20,000 nucleotides of DNA from an uncultured virus (IMG/VR IMGVR_UViG_3300017783_003463) (IMGVR_UViG_3300017783_003463:57322-77321); one strand, 5' to 3'. Shown: positions 8,219 to 17,605, numbered from the stretch's first letter. Made by a program: numbers and translations. The notes: generated by a model not told the origin, from the sequence alone.

Positions 8219-10903
8219 ATGGCACTAAATTTAGATCATCAGAAAGATAGAATTACCACTAATAGTGGTACCTTGAATATTAATACTAATGGTAGTATTA
8301 GAATACCAGTGGGCAATACAGCTCAGCGTCCGCAAGGTGCAAATCAAAATACTGGTCAAATACGTTTTAATACTCAGCTAAACAGATTTGAAGGATATAC
8401 AGGTGCAAGTTGGACTCAACTAGGTGGGGTCATCGATGCTGATCAAGATACATATATCGAAGTTGATAATCCACTAGACAATGATACTATTAAATTTTTT
8501 ACAGATGGTACAGAACGTGTTAGTATTGATAACACTGGTAAATTTACAGTCGAAGGCAACACAGAATTAAAAGGTAACGTGACCATTGGGGGCGATATCA
8601 CAATAGGTGATGCTGACACAGATGGTATTAATATTAACAGTGATTTTAATAATAGTTTATTACCTAATTTAGATAACAATTACGACTTAGGTAGTGCTAC
8701 TAAAAAGTGGAGAGATCTACATATTGGTAGAACAATAGATGCTAGCGGAAGTACAGATTCGTTTATACTTCCTCAAGGTACAGACGCTCAACGCCCAGGT
8801 ACTGTACAAACTGGTATGTTACGCTTTAGTACAACTAGTAGTAAAGCAGAAATATATGACGGAACTGCATGGGTAGAAGTAGGCGGCGGCAGTGCCAATG
8901 ATGTTTTCAAAACTATTAAAGTAAGTGGCTCAGCAGATGTAGTTGCAGACGGAGATAGTGATGAACTTACACTTGTAGCTGGTACAGGAATTAGTATTGC
9001 TACAAACGCTACAACAGACGAAATTACAATTTCAACAGTAGGCGGTGGAGGCGGCTCTGCACAAAACTTGTTTGATAAAATTGCAGTAAGTGGACAGAAT
9101 AATATTATTGCTGATAATGTAGCAGATACACTTACTTTTCAAGCAGGCAATGGTATTACAATTACTACAGATCCTAACAATGATTTGGTAAGATTTGATG
9201 TAAGTGTAAGTGGTTATGATGATGCCGCAGTTGATACACATTTAAATGTTGCAACAGCCGCAACTGGAGAAGTTCTTAGTTGGGACGGAACAGATTATGA
9301 CTGGGTAAGCAATGCTGGATATACTGATGCAGATGTTGATACACATATAAGAGTATCTACAGCAAGTGCAGGACAAGCACTAATTTATGATGGCACAGAT
9401 TATCAGTGGTCAACAGTTGGCGGTCAAATTACAATACAAGAAGAAGGTTCTGATTTATCCACAGCCGCTACAACACTTAATTTTGTTGGTGATGGAGTTA
9501 CAGCTAGTGGCACAGGTTCAACTAAAACAATTACAATAGTTGGATCAGATACAGATGCTATTGTAGACGCAGATGCTGACACACATATAAAAGTAGAAGC
9601 CGTTGCAGATGAAGATAAAATACGCTTTACCACAGCTGGAACAGAACGTGCAAGAATAGACAGTAATGGTGATTTTATCATCGGTGATGTTAGTACAAAT
9701 ACATTTTATAAATTACCACCCACTAGAGGCACAACTGGACAGGTACCAGTAGCAGGCGCAAATGGTACTGTAACATTTCAAACTATTGCACAAGGTAGCG
9801 GTACTGCTTACTATCAAAACAATGCACCAACTGTAGGTGTTAATGCAGGCGACCTTTGGTTTGATACAGGTACTACTGCTGAACTTTATGTATACACAGG
9901 AGGTGAATGGGTATCTGTTGTTAGTGGTGCTGACACAGGTTTTATTCCAGTAAACTTTACTGCAAACGGATCCACACAGGCATTTGATGCAAATGTAGGT
10001 GATGGTACTGTTAGTATGGTATTTTTAAACGGTGTATTAATGCAGAATGCAAATGACTACACTGAATCAGGTGGAGTAGTAACATTTGTAGGTACACCAC
10101 AAAATGGCGCTCAGATCGATATTATTGTAACTGGTGAAATAAATGCTATTACATTACCTGTACTAGGTTTAACAAATCATACATTAATTAGTGTTGATGC
10201 ATCGGGTAACTTACAAGCTACTAGTTTACAAGGAAATAATTTAACAAACAATAGGGTTCCGGTAGTAGGTGCAAGCGGATTAATTGAAGATGATGCAAAC
10301 TTTACGTTTGATGGAACTACACTTAATGTAGGAACAACAGGATCAATAAAATTACCAAATGGAACAACTGCACAGAGACCAACACCTTCAACAGGTATGT
10401 TGCGTTTTAACAGTGATACAACTAAAGCAGAAATTTATAACGGATCAGCCTGGAATAGTTTAGCAGGATCAAATCCACAAGACGGTGACGGTGATACCAG
10501 AATTGAACTTGAAATAGGTACTACTGATAATGATGAAATAGATTTTTATACAGCTGGTACACAGCGTATGCAAATTAGTTCAAATGGTAATTTTGCATTT
10601 GGCGCAGGATTAAACAAATTTACAATAGATTATACAACAGGTGCAACACAAATAAACAGTGCCAATGTACACAAAGGTAATAGCGGAGTAACTGCTGGTG
10701 CTTATGGATCAGCATCACTTATACCAGTAGTTACTGTAGATGCAGAAGGTCATGTTACAGCGGTAAGTACAGTTACACCAACTTTTAATTATACACCAAC
10801 GACAACTAGTGATTGGAACGGCACTGCACCAACAACTTTAGAAGAAGCAGTTGACAGATTAGCAACACTTGTAAAAGCATTAAACGGCGGCACAGGAGCA
10901 TAA
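8219..10903 (+). CDS. Long modular fibre/virion structural protein (894 aa)
   Basis: Three P.G..AQRP...G..RF.....E.Y.G..W modules, three D.D.DT.I......D.I.F.T.GT.R..I...G modules, tandem (F/L)..I.VSG...AD...D.LT..AG.GI.I units, tandem Y.DA.VDTH units, and a C-terminal helix PTTLEEAVDRLA. Confidence 0.75.
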   Translation: MALNLDHQKDRITTNSGTLNINTNGSIRIPVGNTAQRPQGANQNTGQIRFNTQLNRFEGYTGASWTQLGGVIDADQDTYIEVDNPLDNDTIKFFTDGTERVSIDNTGKFTVEGNTELKGNVTIGGDITIGDADTDGININSDFNNSLLPNLDNNYDLGSATKKWRDLHIGRTIDASGSTDSFILPQGTDAQRPGTVQTGMLRFSTTSSKAEIYDGTAWVEVGGGSANDVFKTIKVSGSADVVADGDSDELTLVAGTGISIATNATTDEITISTVGGGGGSAQNLFDKIAVSGQNNIIADNVADTLTFQAGNGITITTDPNNDLVRFDVSVSGYDDAAVDTHLNVATAATGEVLSWDGTDYDWVSNAGYTDADVDTHIRVSTASAGQALIYDGTDYQWSTVGGQITIQEEGSDLSTAATTLNFVGDGVTASGTGSTKTITIVGSDTDAIVDADADTHIKVEAVADEDKIRFTTAGTERARIDSNGDFIIGDVSTNTFYKLPPTRGTTGQVPVAGANGTVTFQTIAQGSGTAYYQNNAPTVGVNAGDLWFDTGTTAELYVYTGGEWVSVVSGADTGFIPVNFTANGSTQAFDANVGDGTVSMVFLNGVLMQNANDYTESGGVVTFVGTPQNGAQIDIIVTGEINAITLPVLGLTNHTLISVDASGNLQATSLQGNNLTNNRVPVVGASGLIEDDANFTFDGTTLNVGTTGSIKLPNGTTAQRPTPSTGMLRFNSDTTKAEIYNGSAWNSLAGSNPQDGDGDTRIELEIGTTDNDEIDFYTAGTQRMQISSNGNFAFGAGLNKFTIDYTTGATQINSANVHKGNSGVTAGAYGSASLIPVVTVDAEGHVTAVSTVTPTFNYTPTTTSDWNGTAPTTLEEAVDRLATLVKALNGGTGA

Positions 10904-10912
10904 TGTAATAAT

Positions 10913-12409
10913 ATGGCAATAAACTTTCCTACAAATCCAGTTAATGGACAAACATTTTTAGCACTAGGCAGAGGCTGGCAGTACAATTCAACTTCTGGTA
11001 GTTGGGAAGCATTGATTCGTGTTAACACTGCATTTGACAGTGATGACGTTGCACAAGGTACAACAAACTTATATGCAACCAACGAAAGTATTGATGATAG
11101 AGTTGGCTCATTAATACAAGCCGGCAACAATATTACTATTAACTATGATGATGCTAGCGACCAACTTACAATAAATGCCAGTGTCGGATCTAATTTTGCA
11201 AATGATCTCATACCAGATACAAATAATACAAGAGACATCGGTAGTACAGCTAAAAAGTGGAAAGACTTGCATATGTCAGGTAATGCAGTCATTGATGGTA
11301 ATCTTACCGTTAATGGTTCAACCACCACTATAAATAGTACCCAATTAGACGTAGATGACCTTAATATTACTATAGCTAGTGGTGCAGGTAGTGCAGTTAA
11401 TGCAGATGGTGCAGGTATCACAATCGATGGTGCTAGTGCAACACTTACATACTCGAGTGCAGATGATCGATGGAACTTTAATAGAGATTTAAATGTTGCG
11501 AATGTATACGGAAATTTATCAGGTAATGCTACCAGTTCAACGACAACTAGTACAATAAACAATCATAGTGTTGGTTCACTAATTGATGTAGATATAACAA
11601 CTAGTGCTCCGAGTTCAGGTGATATATTGTCATGGAATGGAAGTAAATTTATACCAGCTGTTCCTTATAGTACAACAAACTTTGATACAGATTTTGCTAC
11701 AAAAATTGATACAACTGGTATTACAGATGGTCAGATAATAATTTATAACAGTTCAAGCAGTAAGTTTGTTGCTGGAGATGGTTATGCAACCAGTAACTTT
11801 AATACTGACTTTGGAACAAAAAATATACACGAGTTAAATGATGTTGTCAATAATAACTTGTCTGATGGTAAAGTTTTAATTTATAATCAAAGTGCCGGAC
11901 GTTATGAACCAAGTTTAGTTGGACCGACTAGTCTCAATACTACGAGTAGCTTTGTAGATGAATTTACTGCAAATGGCGGAACAGCAAGTTTTACACTTAG
12001 TCAAGATCCTGGTTCGTCGGTAAATTTACTGGTTTTTGTAGACGGAGTACCGCAACTTGATAGTAATATAACAGTAAGTGGTACAAGTTTAACACTAGGC
12101 GGAACACCTAGCAATGGACAAATAGTCGAAGCTAGAGGATATGGAATACTAAACAATATTGGTGCACCTAGTGATGGTACAGTAACAAATGCAAAACTTG
12201 CACTAACATATACCAGTGATCAATACACAGGAAATGGTGTTCTAACTACATATACAATTCCAGCAGATCATAGTGTTCACAGTTTGCTAGTAATACTAGA
12301 TGGAATAATTATACCACCAGCAGATTATACAGTGAGTGGAACAACATTAACATTTAGTGCCGCTCCGTTAAACGGACAAAGTATAGATATAAGGTATTTG
12401 CCAGTATGA
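10913..12409 (+). CDS. Modular fibre/baseplate-associated structural protein (498 aa)
   Basis: N-terminal MAINFPTNP..GQTF...W.Y....W motif, GNLTVNGSTTTINST.LDVDD module, three G.I..(W/Y)N....(F/Y) repeats, and two C-terminal (F/Y)T.NG....V.(V/L)DG......TVSG..LT....P.NGQ domains. Confidence 0.75.
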   Translation: MAINFPTNPVNGQTFLALGRGWQYNSTSGSWEALIRVNTAFDSDDVAQGTTNLYATNESIDDRVGSLIQAGNNITINYDDASDQLTINASVGSNFANDLIPDTNNTRDIGSTAKKWKDLHMSGNAVIDGNLTVNGSTTTINSTQLDVDDLNITIASGAGSAVNADGAGITIDGASATLTYSSADDRWNFNRDLNVANVYGNLSGNATSSTTTSTINNHSVGSLIDVDITTSAPSSGDILSWNGSKFIPAVPYSTTNFDTDFATKIDTTGITDGQIIIYNSSSSKFVAGDGYATSNFNTDFGTKNIHELNDVVNNNLSDGKVLIYNQSAGRYEPSLVGPTSLNTTSSFVDEFTANGGTASFTLSQDPGSSVNLLVFVDGVPQLDSNITVSGTSLTLGGTPSNGQIVEARGYGILNNIGAPSDGTVTNAKLALTYTSDQYTGNGVLTTYTIPADHSVHSLLVILDGIIIPPADYTVSGTTLTFSAAPLNGQSIDIRYLPV

Positions 12410-13866
12410 GTAGAGTCAGAGACATTGTAGATTTTCATTTTAATTCAATCGATATATCTAATAAACCACAAGTTCATTTTAATGCACATACAGTAACAAC
12501 AACAGATTTAAGTGCAACTGGCAGTATTTCAGGAATACATTTAGCTGACCTAGCAGATGTCAGTAATGTTACAGCAAGTAACGATGGACATTATTTGTAT
12601 TACGATCACAGTCTTACAAGTTTTAGATGGCAAGCTGTAAGTGGCGGAGGTGGATCATCTTTAACGATTCAAGACGAAGGATCCGATCTAACTACAGATG
12701 CCACAACACTTAACTTTGTAGGTACAGGTGTTACAGCTAGTGGTACTGGCGCAACTAAAACTATTACAATTACTGGCGGTGGTGGCGGAGCCGATCTATA
12801 TGCAGTTGAAACAACAGGCTCAACAACTCCAACAGCAACTGGTACCTTGAGTATTGCTATTGGTAGTTTAGCAGAAGCATCGGGTCTTAGATCCATTGGT
12901 ATAGGCAGAGATGCAACAGCTTCAGCAACAAATAGTATTGCTATTGGAACTGATAGTGTAGCAGGAATTTCAAACTCTATTGCTATACAAGGAAATATTA
13001 GCGGTAGCGGAACTGCGGCTTCGATCGCAATGTTGGGAGCAACAACTGCTCAAGGTGTGGTTCAAATAGGTCAAAATGGTTATGTTCAAGGTCAGTATGC
13101 TACAGCGGTAGGATATAACGCTGATGTTTATAGCAGTGGTTCAAATGGTACAGCTTTGGGATATAATGCACAAGTTAATGGTAGTGGTGCAACTGCTCTA
13201 ACAAATAGCTATGCTACTGGTGCTGATAGTTTTGCGGCGGCGATAGCAAACAACAGTAATTCTTACGGCTCCACAGGTGCTAATAGTGTTGCTATTGGTA
13301 AAGAAGCACTAGCATCAGGAACAAGATCAGTAGTTATTGGACATTCTAGTACTAGTTCACATAATGACTCTATTGCAATTGGTGACACAGTGTCAACTAC
13401 TGCAACAAATCAAATTGCTTTAGGAAGTTCTGCAGATACTGTACGAATTTCATCTGCATATACACTTCCAACAACAGACGGAACAACAGGACAAGTACTA
13501 CAAACCAACGGAGCAGGAGTATTAAGTTTTGCTACTGCTAGCGGCGCAAGTACTGGAGATATAAGTTTTACTGGTAGTACATTATCTAGTAGTGGTAGCA
13601 CAATTACACTAGATGATAATGTAACAGTGAGCGGTACACTAACCAGTACTCAAGCAGGTGCTCCAATTCTTACCAGTACAAGCAGTATCACATTACGAGC
13701 TGATTCTAGTAGTAGAGTACATGTAGATCAAAGTCCATTGAGATTATATAATGTATCAACAACAAATAGAAATTTAATAACAGCCGCTGACGGCGATATG
13801 ATATATAATACTAGTACAAACAAAGCTCAAGTTTTTGCAAACGGCAGTTGGGTAGATTTACATTGA
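12406..13866 (+). CDS. Fibre protein with YadA-like (Hep/Hag) head repeats (486 aa)
   Basis: About 14 tandem ~14-aa repeats such as ASATNSIAIG, STGANSVAIG and SSHNDSIAIG (about 12835-13425). ATGA overlap with the upstream gene. No signal peptide or beta-barrel seen. Confidence 0.78.
   Translation: MSRVRDIVDFHFNSIDISNKPQVHFNAHTVTTTDLSATGSISGIHLADLADVSNVTASNDGHYLYYDHSLTSFRWQAVSGGGGSSLTIQDEGSDLTTDATTLNFVGTGVTASGTGATKTITITGGGGGADLYAVETTGSTTPTATGTLSIAIGSLAEASGLRSIGIGRDATASATNSIAIGTDSVAGISNSIAIQGNISGSGTAASIAMLGATTAQGVVQIGQNGYVQGQYATAVGYNADVYSSGSNGTALGYNAQVNGSGATALTNSYATGADSFAAAIANNSNSYGSTGANSVAIGKEALASGTRSVVIGHSSTSSHNDSIAIGDTVSTTATNQIALGSSADTVRISSAYTLPTTDGTTGQVLQTNGAGVLSFATASGASTGDISFTGSTLSSSGSTITLDDNVTVSGTLTSTQAGAPILTSTSSITLRADSSSRVHVDQSPLRLYNVSTTNRNLITAADGDMIYNTSTNKAQVFANGSWVDLH
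13555..13866 (+). repeat. Diverged direct repeat, copy 2 (copy 1 at 4904-5209)
   Basis: Same alignment as copy 1; both genes end FANGSWVDLH-stop. Confidence 0.85.
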
Positions 13867-13878
13867 TAGGATATACAT

Positions 13879-14235
13879 ATGGCAATTAATAAGTTAAAAA
13901 CAACGTCAATTGAAGTAGATGCAATCACTGCAGACTTATTAGCTACTGGATCTATTACAGTAGCAGATATCAGTGACGGTGAAATAACTGCCGCTAAACT
14001 GCATCAAAGTGGAGCAACAGATGGGCAAGCTATGGTTTGGTCAGATACAAACAGTACTTGGGAACCAGGTAATGTTGCTAGTAGCGGTGGACAAGGAAAT
14101 TTACCTTCAGGTGACTTAGGAAACTTAACTTCAGATTATTCAAAATTAGGAATAGAAACAGGTGTTTCGATAGCGTATGATATGCAAGCAGAAACACAAT
14201 TTAAAACAGAGGACTATGGTCCAGGATTAGTATAG
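13879..14235 (+). CDS. Short fibre-like adaptor protein (118 aa)
   Basis: AGGA RBS. DAITADLLA/DGEITAAKL repeats, one GATDGQAMVW....WEPG unit, C-terminal DLG...DYG motifs. Confidence 0.65.
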   Translation: MAINKLKTTSIEVDAITADLLATGSITVADISDGEITAAKLHQSGATDGQAMVWSDTNSTWEPGNVASSGGQGNLPSGDLGNLTSDYSKLGIETGVSIAYDMQAETQFKTEDYGPGLV

Positions 14236-14244
14236 GAAAGAAAA

Positions 14245-15177
14245 ATGCCAACAGCACTACAATTTAGAAGAGGAACAACAGCACAACACAGTACTTTTAC
14301 TGGAGCTATCGGTGAATTAACCGTAGACACCCAAAAAAATACAGTTGTTGTTCATGATGGCTCTACAGCAGGAGGTCATTCTCTTGTTGTAGGAGGCACA
14401 ACCGTTAGTTTACCAAATTTAACAGTAACCGGAGACTTAACAGTACAAGGTACTACAGTTACAATAGACAGTGCTACTGCACAAACAGTAGACTTAGGAG
14501 ACGATGATAAAATTAGACTTGGTGGTACAAATGATTTAGAAATATATCACGACGGAACTACAGCAAATAGTTATATAAAAGAAAGCGGCGGAGGGTCTCT
14601 TTTTATACAAGGTGAAAACTTAATTTTAGAAAAACCAGATGGTACTAATTACTTGTTAGCTGTTCCTGGAAGTTCTGGATATGTAAAGCTGTATCAAAAC
14701 GGCTCGGAAAAACTCGCTACCACTAGCACAGGCGTAGACATAACAGGCACCGCACTTACTGACGGTATTACTGTAGATGGTACACTAAAAATAAATGAAG
14801 TTATTGAGAAAGCAGAACCTAGTAATTCTACTACTGGAACTATAGGGTTTTATTTTTTAGATCAAGCGGTTATTAACTTTAAACAGAACCAAACGGCTAA
14901 CAGGACAATTAATTTTACAGGTGACGGATCTACAACTTTAGATAGTATGTTATCTGATAACGAAAGTGTAACCTGCTCTATTTTAATGCCACAAGGTTCT
15001 ACTCCTTACTACCTCAATGCCTATGAAATAGACGGTTCCGCAGTAACTCCTAAGTGGAGTGGAGGATCTGCCCCTAGTGAAGGTAATGCTAGTGGCACTG
15101 ACGTTTATAGCTTTACAATTATTAAAACAGCCTCAGCAACATTTACAGTGTTGGCTAGTCAGACACAGTATGCATAA
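14245..15177 (+). CDS. Tail fibre protein with major tropism determinant (Mtd) N-terminal domain (310 aa)
   Basis: MPTALQFRRGTTAQHSTFTGAIGELTVDTQKNTVVVHDGSTAGG closely resembles the N-terminus of Bordetella phage BPP-1 Mtd as I recall it. C-terminal KWSGGSAPS...DVYSFTIIK fibre-tip-like domain. Confidence 0.8.
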   Translation: MPTALQFRRGTTAQHSTFTGAIGELTVDTQKNTVVVHDGSTAGGHSLVVGGTTVSLPNLTVTGDLTVQGTTVTIDSATAQTVDLGDDDKIRLGGTNDLEIYHDGTTANSYIKESGGGSLFIQGENLILEKPDGTNYLLAVPGSSGYVKLYQNGSEKLATTSTGVDITGTALTDGITVDGTLKINEVIEKAEPSNSTTGTIGFYFLDQAVINFKQNQTANRTINFTGDGSTTLDSMLSDNESVTCSILMPQGSTPYYLNAYEIDGSAVTPKWSGGSAPSEGNASGTDVYSFTIIKTASATFTVLASQTQYA

Positions 15178-15187
15178 GGAATAGAAT

Positions 15188-16906
15188 ATGCCATTATTAA
15201 GTACATTAGGAGCAGGTAGTATAAGAGGTTTCGGAGGCACTTTAAGCAGTGGTGGAGGCGGACTTGGAAATGTTGAATATCTTATTGTTGGTGGCGGTGG
15301 CTCCGGTGGAGCTGGTAATTTTACAGGCAGTGCAGGTGGCGGTGCAGGAGGTCTTCGTACATCTGTAGTTGGTGCAACTAGCGGAGGAGGAGCAAGTCCT
15401 GAATCCAAAATTGATTTAGAAGCTGGAGTAACATATACTATCACTGTTGGTAACGGCGGTAAACCATACGATTATACTAGTTCTGGACATGTAGGAATGA
15501 ATGGCGGTGATAGTTCAATTGTAGGCGGAAGTATTAGTATTGTATCCGTTGGCGGCGGTGGTGGATCTGGATATAACAATACAGATGGCGGTCAACTTGG
15601 CGGAAAAGATGGTGGTTCTGGCGGTGGAGGAGGTTCTCAAGGCGAAAATCATGCCGCCGGTAGTGGTACTGCGAATCAAGGCTATGCTGGTGCAGTAGGA
15701 AGAAATAGTAGCCCAGAAAACTATCCCGGCGGAGGCGGAGGCGGCGCAGGTGCAACAGGAAATAATAGCCAGGCAACATATAGTAGTGGAGGCGCAGGCA
15801 TACAAAATAATATAGACGGTAATAATTACTACTATGCTGGAGGTGGCGGAGGTACAGGCTACAACACCAGAGGCGGTAATGGTGGTGCTGGCGGCGGTGG
15901 TGCTGGTAATTCATGTGCAGGTTCAGGAGGTCAAAGCGGAGGCGGATCTGCTAGAAATGCTGGACAAGATGGTGGATATAATAGTGGAGGCCCAAATGGT
16001 TCTGCTCTAAACGCTGGTAAAGCTGGAGACAATACTGGCGGCGGCGGTGGAGGCTATCAAACTGGGTCTAGTTATTATGCCAACGGAAGTCGAGCATCTG
16101 AGGGCGGTACTGGCATTGTAATAATTAGATATCCTACTGCTGGAGCTCCTGATGTTAGTGGCGGCATAATTACCACTAATGGCGGATATACAATACATAC
16201 ATTTACAAGTAGTGGGTTTTTGACTGTTGGAGCCTCACAATCAACACAAGGCCTAGGCGGATCTAATTTTAAATTACCTTTTGATTCTCATATGAGTGAT
16301 GTAAGTACCTTAGGATATTCTGGGTCAGCTGGAGGCGGTGGTTCTGTACAACTAACTGCTATCGAAAAGAAAATAGGAGATAGATCTCTCCATGTTAGTA
16401 GTAATCCAGGTTGGATCGATTTTCCAAGTGCCGCAGGTAACTTAGGTAATTCAAATTGGACTATGGATTTTTGGCTTAAAACAAACACCGGTGCAGATGG
16501 TATGGGAATACTTACTCAAGCTGTTTCAGGAGGTGGTGCTAATACTTCTTGGGGATTCTTTTGCGGATACGGCACAAGCTATAACTTAGCTTTTTACATG
16601 TCAAATGGCAGTGGTTATTTTGCAAATGTTACAAGTGGAACAACTAACATTTGTACTGGAAATTGGGTACATTGTGCGGCAAGTAGATCAGGATCAACAG
16701 TGTATTTGTTTGCAGATGGTCAATCGCAAGGATCAGTTAGTGTTAGCAGTACTGCTTTTGGTAATGGTAATTTGCCAGTAAGAGTAGGAGCCCAAAACGC
16801 AAGCTATTCTCTGCCAACTAACTCATACATTGATGACATAAGAATAGTTAAAGGTAGTGCTTTATACACTAGTAACTTTACACCACCTACAGGACCAACT
16901 GTATAA
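15188..16906 (+). CDS. Glycine-rich adhesin-like protein with C-terminal concanavalin A/LamG-like domain (572 aa)
   Basis: VEYLIVGGGGSGG...GGGAGG...GGTGIVIIRY poly-Gly domain (about 15270-16230), then WTMDFW...WVHCAASRSGSTVYLFADG...YIDDIRIVKG.ALYTSNFTPPT, a LamG-like pattern. Confidence 0.8.
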   Translation: MPLLSTLGAGSIRGFGGTLSSGGGGLGNVEYLIVGGGGSGGAGNFTGSAGGGAGGLRTSVVGATSGGGASPESKIDLEAGVTYTITVGNGGKPYDYTSSGHVGMNGGDSSIVGGSISIVSVGGGGGSGYNNTDGGQLGGKDGGSGGGGGSQGENHAAGSGTANQGYAGAVGRNSSPENYPGGGGGGAGATGNNSQATYSSGGAGIQNNIDGNNYYYAGGGGGTGYNTRGGNGGAGGGGAGNSCAGSGGQSGGGSARNAGQDGGYNSGGPNGSALNAGKAGDNTGGGGGGYQTGSSYYANGSRASEGGTGIVIIRYPTAGAPDVSGGIITTNGGYTIHTFTSSGFLTVGASQSTQGLGGSNFKLPFDSHMSDVSTLGYSGSAGGGGSVQLTAIEKKIGDRSLHVSSNPGWIDFPSAAGNLGNSNWTMDFWLKTNTGADGMGILTQAVSGGGANTSWGFFCGYGTSYNLAFYMSNGSGYFANVTSGTTNICTGNWVHCAASRSGSTVYLFADGQSQGSVSVSSTAFGNGNLPVRVGAQNASYSLPTNSYIDDIRIVKGSALYTSNFTPPTGPTV

Positions 16907-16916
16907 GATGGAATGG

Positions 16917-16924
16917 TATAAATA
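16917..16924 (+). promoter_or_regulatory. T4-type late promoter TATAAATA
   Basis: Exact gp55 consensus, intergenic, 24 nt before ATG 16949. Confidence 0.8.
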
Positions 16925-16948
16925 TGTGTATCAATATAGGATATACTA

Positions 16949-17605
16949 ATGCCAACAAGTAAGAATTTTGAACTAGGTAGTTTTGCAAATAATGTAGACC
17001 ACAATCCTACCAATGGTGATACAGAAATTTCAAATAATATTATATTGACAGGGGAACTTAGAGGCCCAAGTACATTTATTATTGACCCAGCTGGAATAGG
17101 TGACAACACAGGATTGTTGCAAGTTAAAGGTAACTTGCAAGTAGATGGTACTACAACTACTATCAATAGTACAACATTAGACGTCGATGATCTTAATATT
17201 ACTATAGCTAAAGGATCTCCAAATGCGGCATCATCAGACGGAGCAGGACTAACAGCAGATTTAGGAGTTGACGGAACAGCAACCTTCACATACGATGCCG
17301 CAAATGACCGCTGGACAATGAATAAATCTTTGTTTGCAACTATTGAAGGTATGAGCATAGATGACCTTACAGATGTTGATACAACTACAACTGCTCCTAC
17401 AACTGGTCAAACTATTGTATGGGACGGCGCAAAGTTTGTACCAGGTACAGCCGCCGCAAGTATCGGTGATTTAAATGATGTCGACATTACTGGTGTTACA
17501 ACTGGTCAAGTTTTAGTATATAATGCAACTACTAACGTATTTGAACCAGGTACTGTAAGTGGAGGTGGTGGCGGAAGTGGGTTGTTCAGCTTGTTAGATT
17601 TTTAA
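16949..17605 (+). CDS. Fibre-like structural protein (218 aa)
   Basis: Shares the GNL.V.G.TTTINST.LDVDDLNITIA module with 10913..12409. Two I.DL.DVD.T....GQ..V(W/Y)....F.PG repeats. Confidence 0.72.
   Translation: MPTSKNFELGSFANNVDHNPTNGDTEISNNIILTGELRGPSTFIIDPAGIGDNTGLLQVKGNLQVDGTTTTINSTTLDVDDLNITIAKGSPNAASSDGAGLTADLGVDGTATFTYDAANDRWTMNKSLFATIEGMSIDDLTDVDTTTTAPTTGQTIVWDGAKFVPGTAAASIGDLNDVDITGVTTGQVLVYNATTNVFEPGTVSGGGGGSGLFSLLDF

Noticed and set aside
11329..11336. Perfect TATAAATA inside the 498-aa gene
   Set aside because: Intragenic and about 1 kb from the next start; the paralogous module near 17160 reads TATCAATA. Probably chance in AT-rich DNA, though an internal promoter is not excluded.
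4904..13866. Diversity-generating retroelement TR/VR pair, suggested by the duplicated gene ends and the Mtd_N domain
   Set aside because: Mismatches involve all bases and are largely synonymous or conservative, both copies are coding, and there is no reverse transcriptase in the window.
15270..16230. GC-richer, GGC/GGT-rich stretch as a foreign island or microsatellite
   Set aside because: Explained by poly-glycine coding with mixed synonymous codons.
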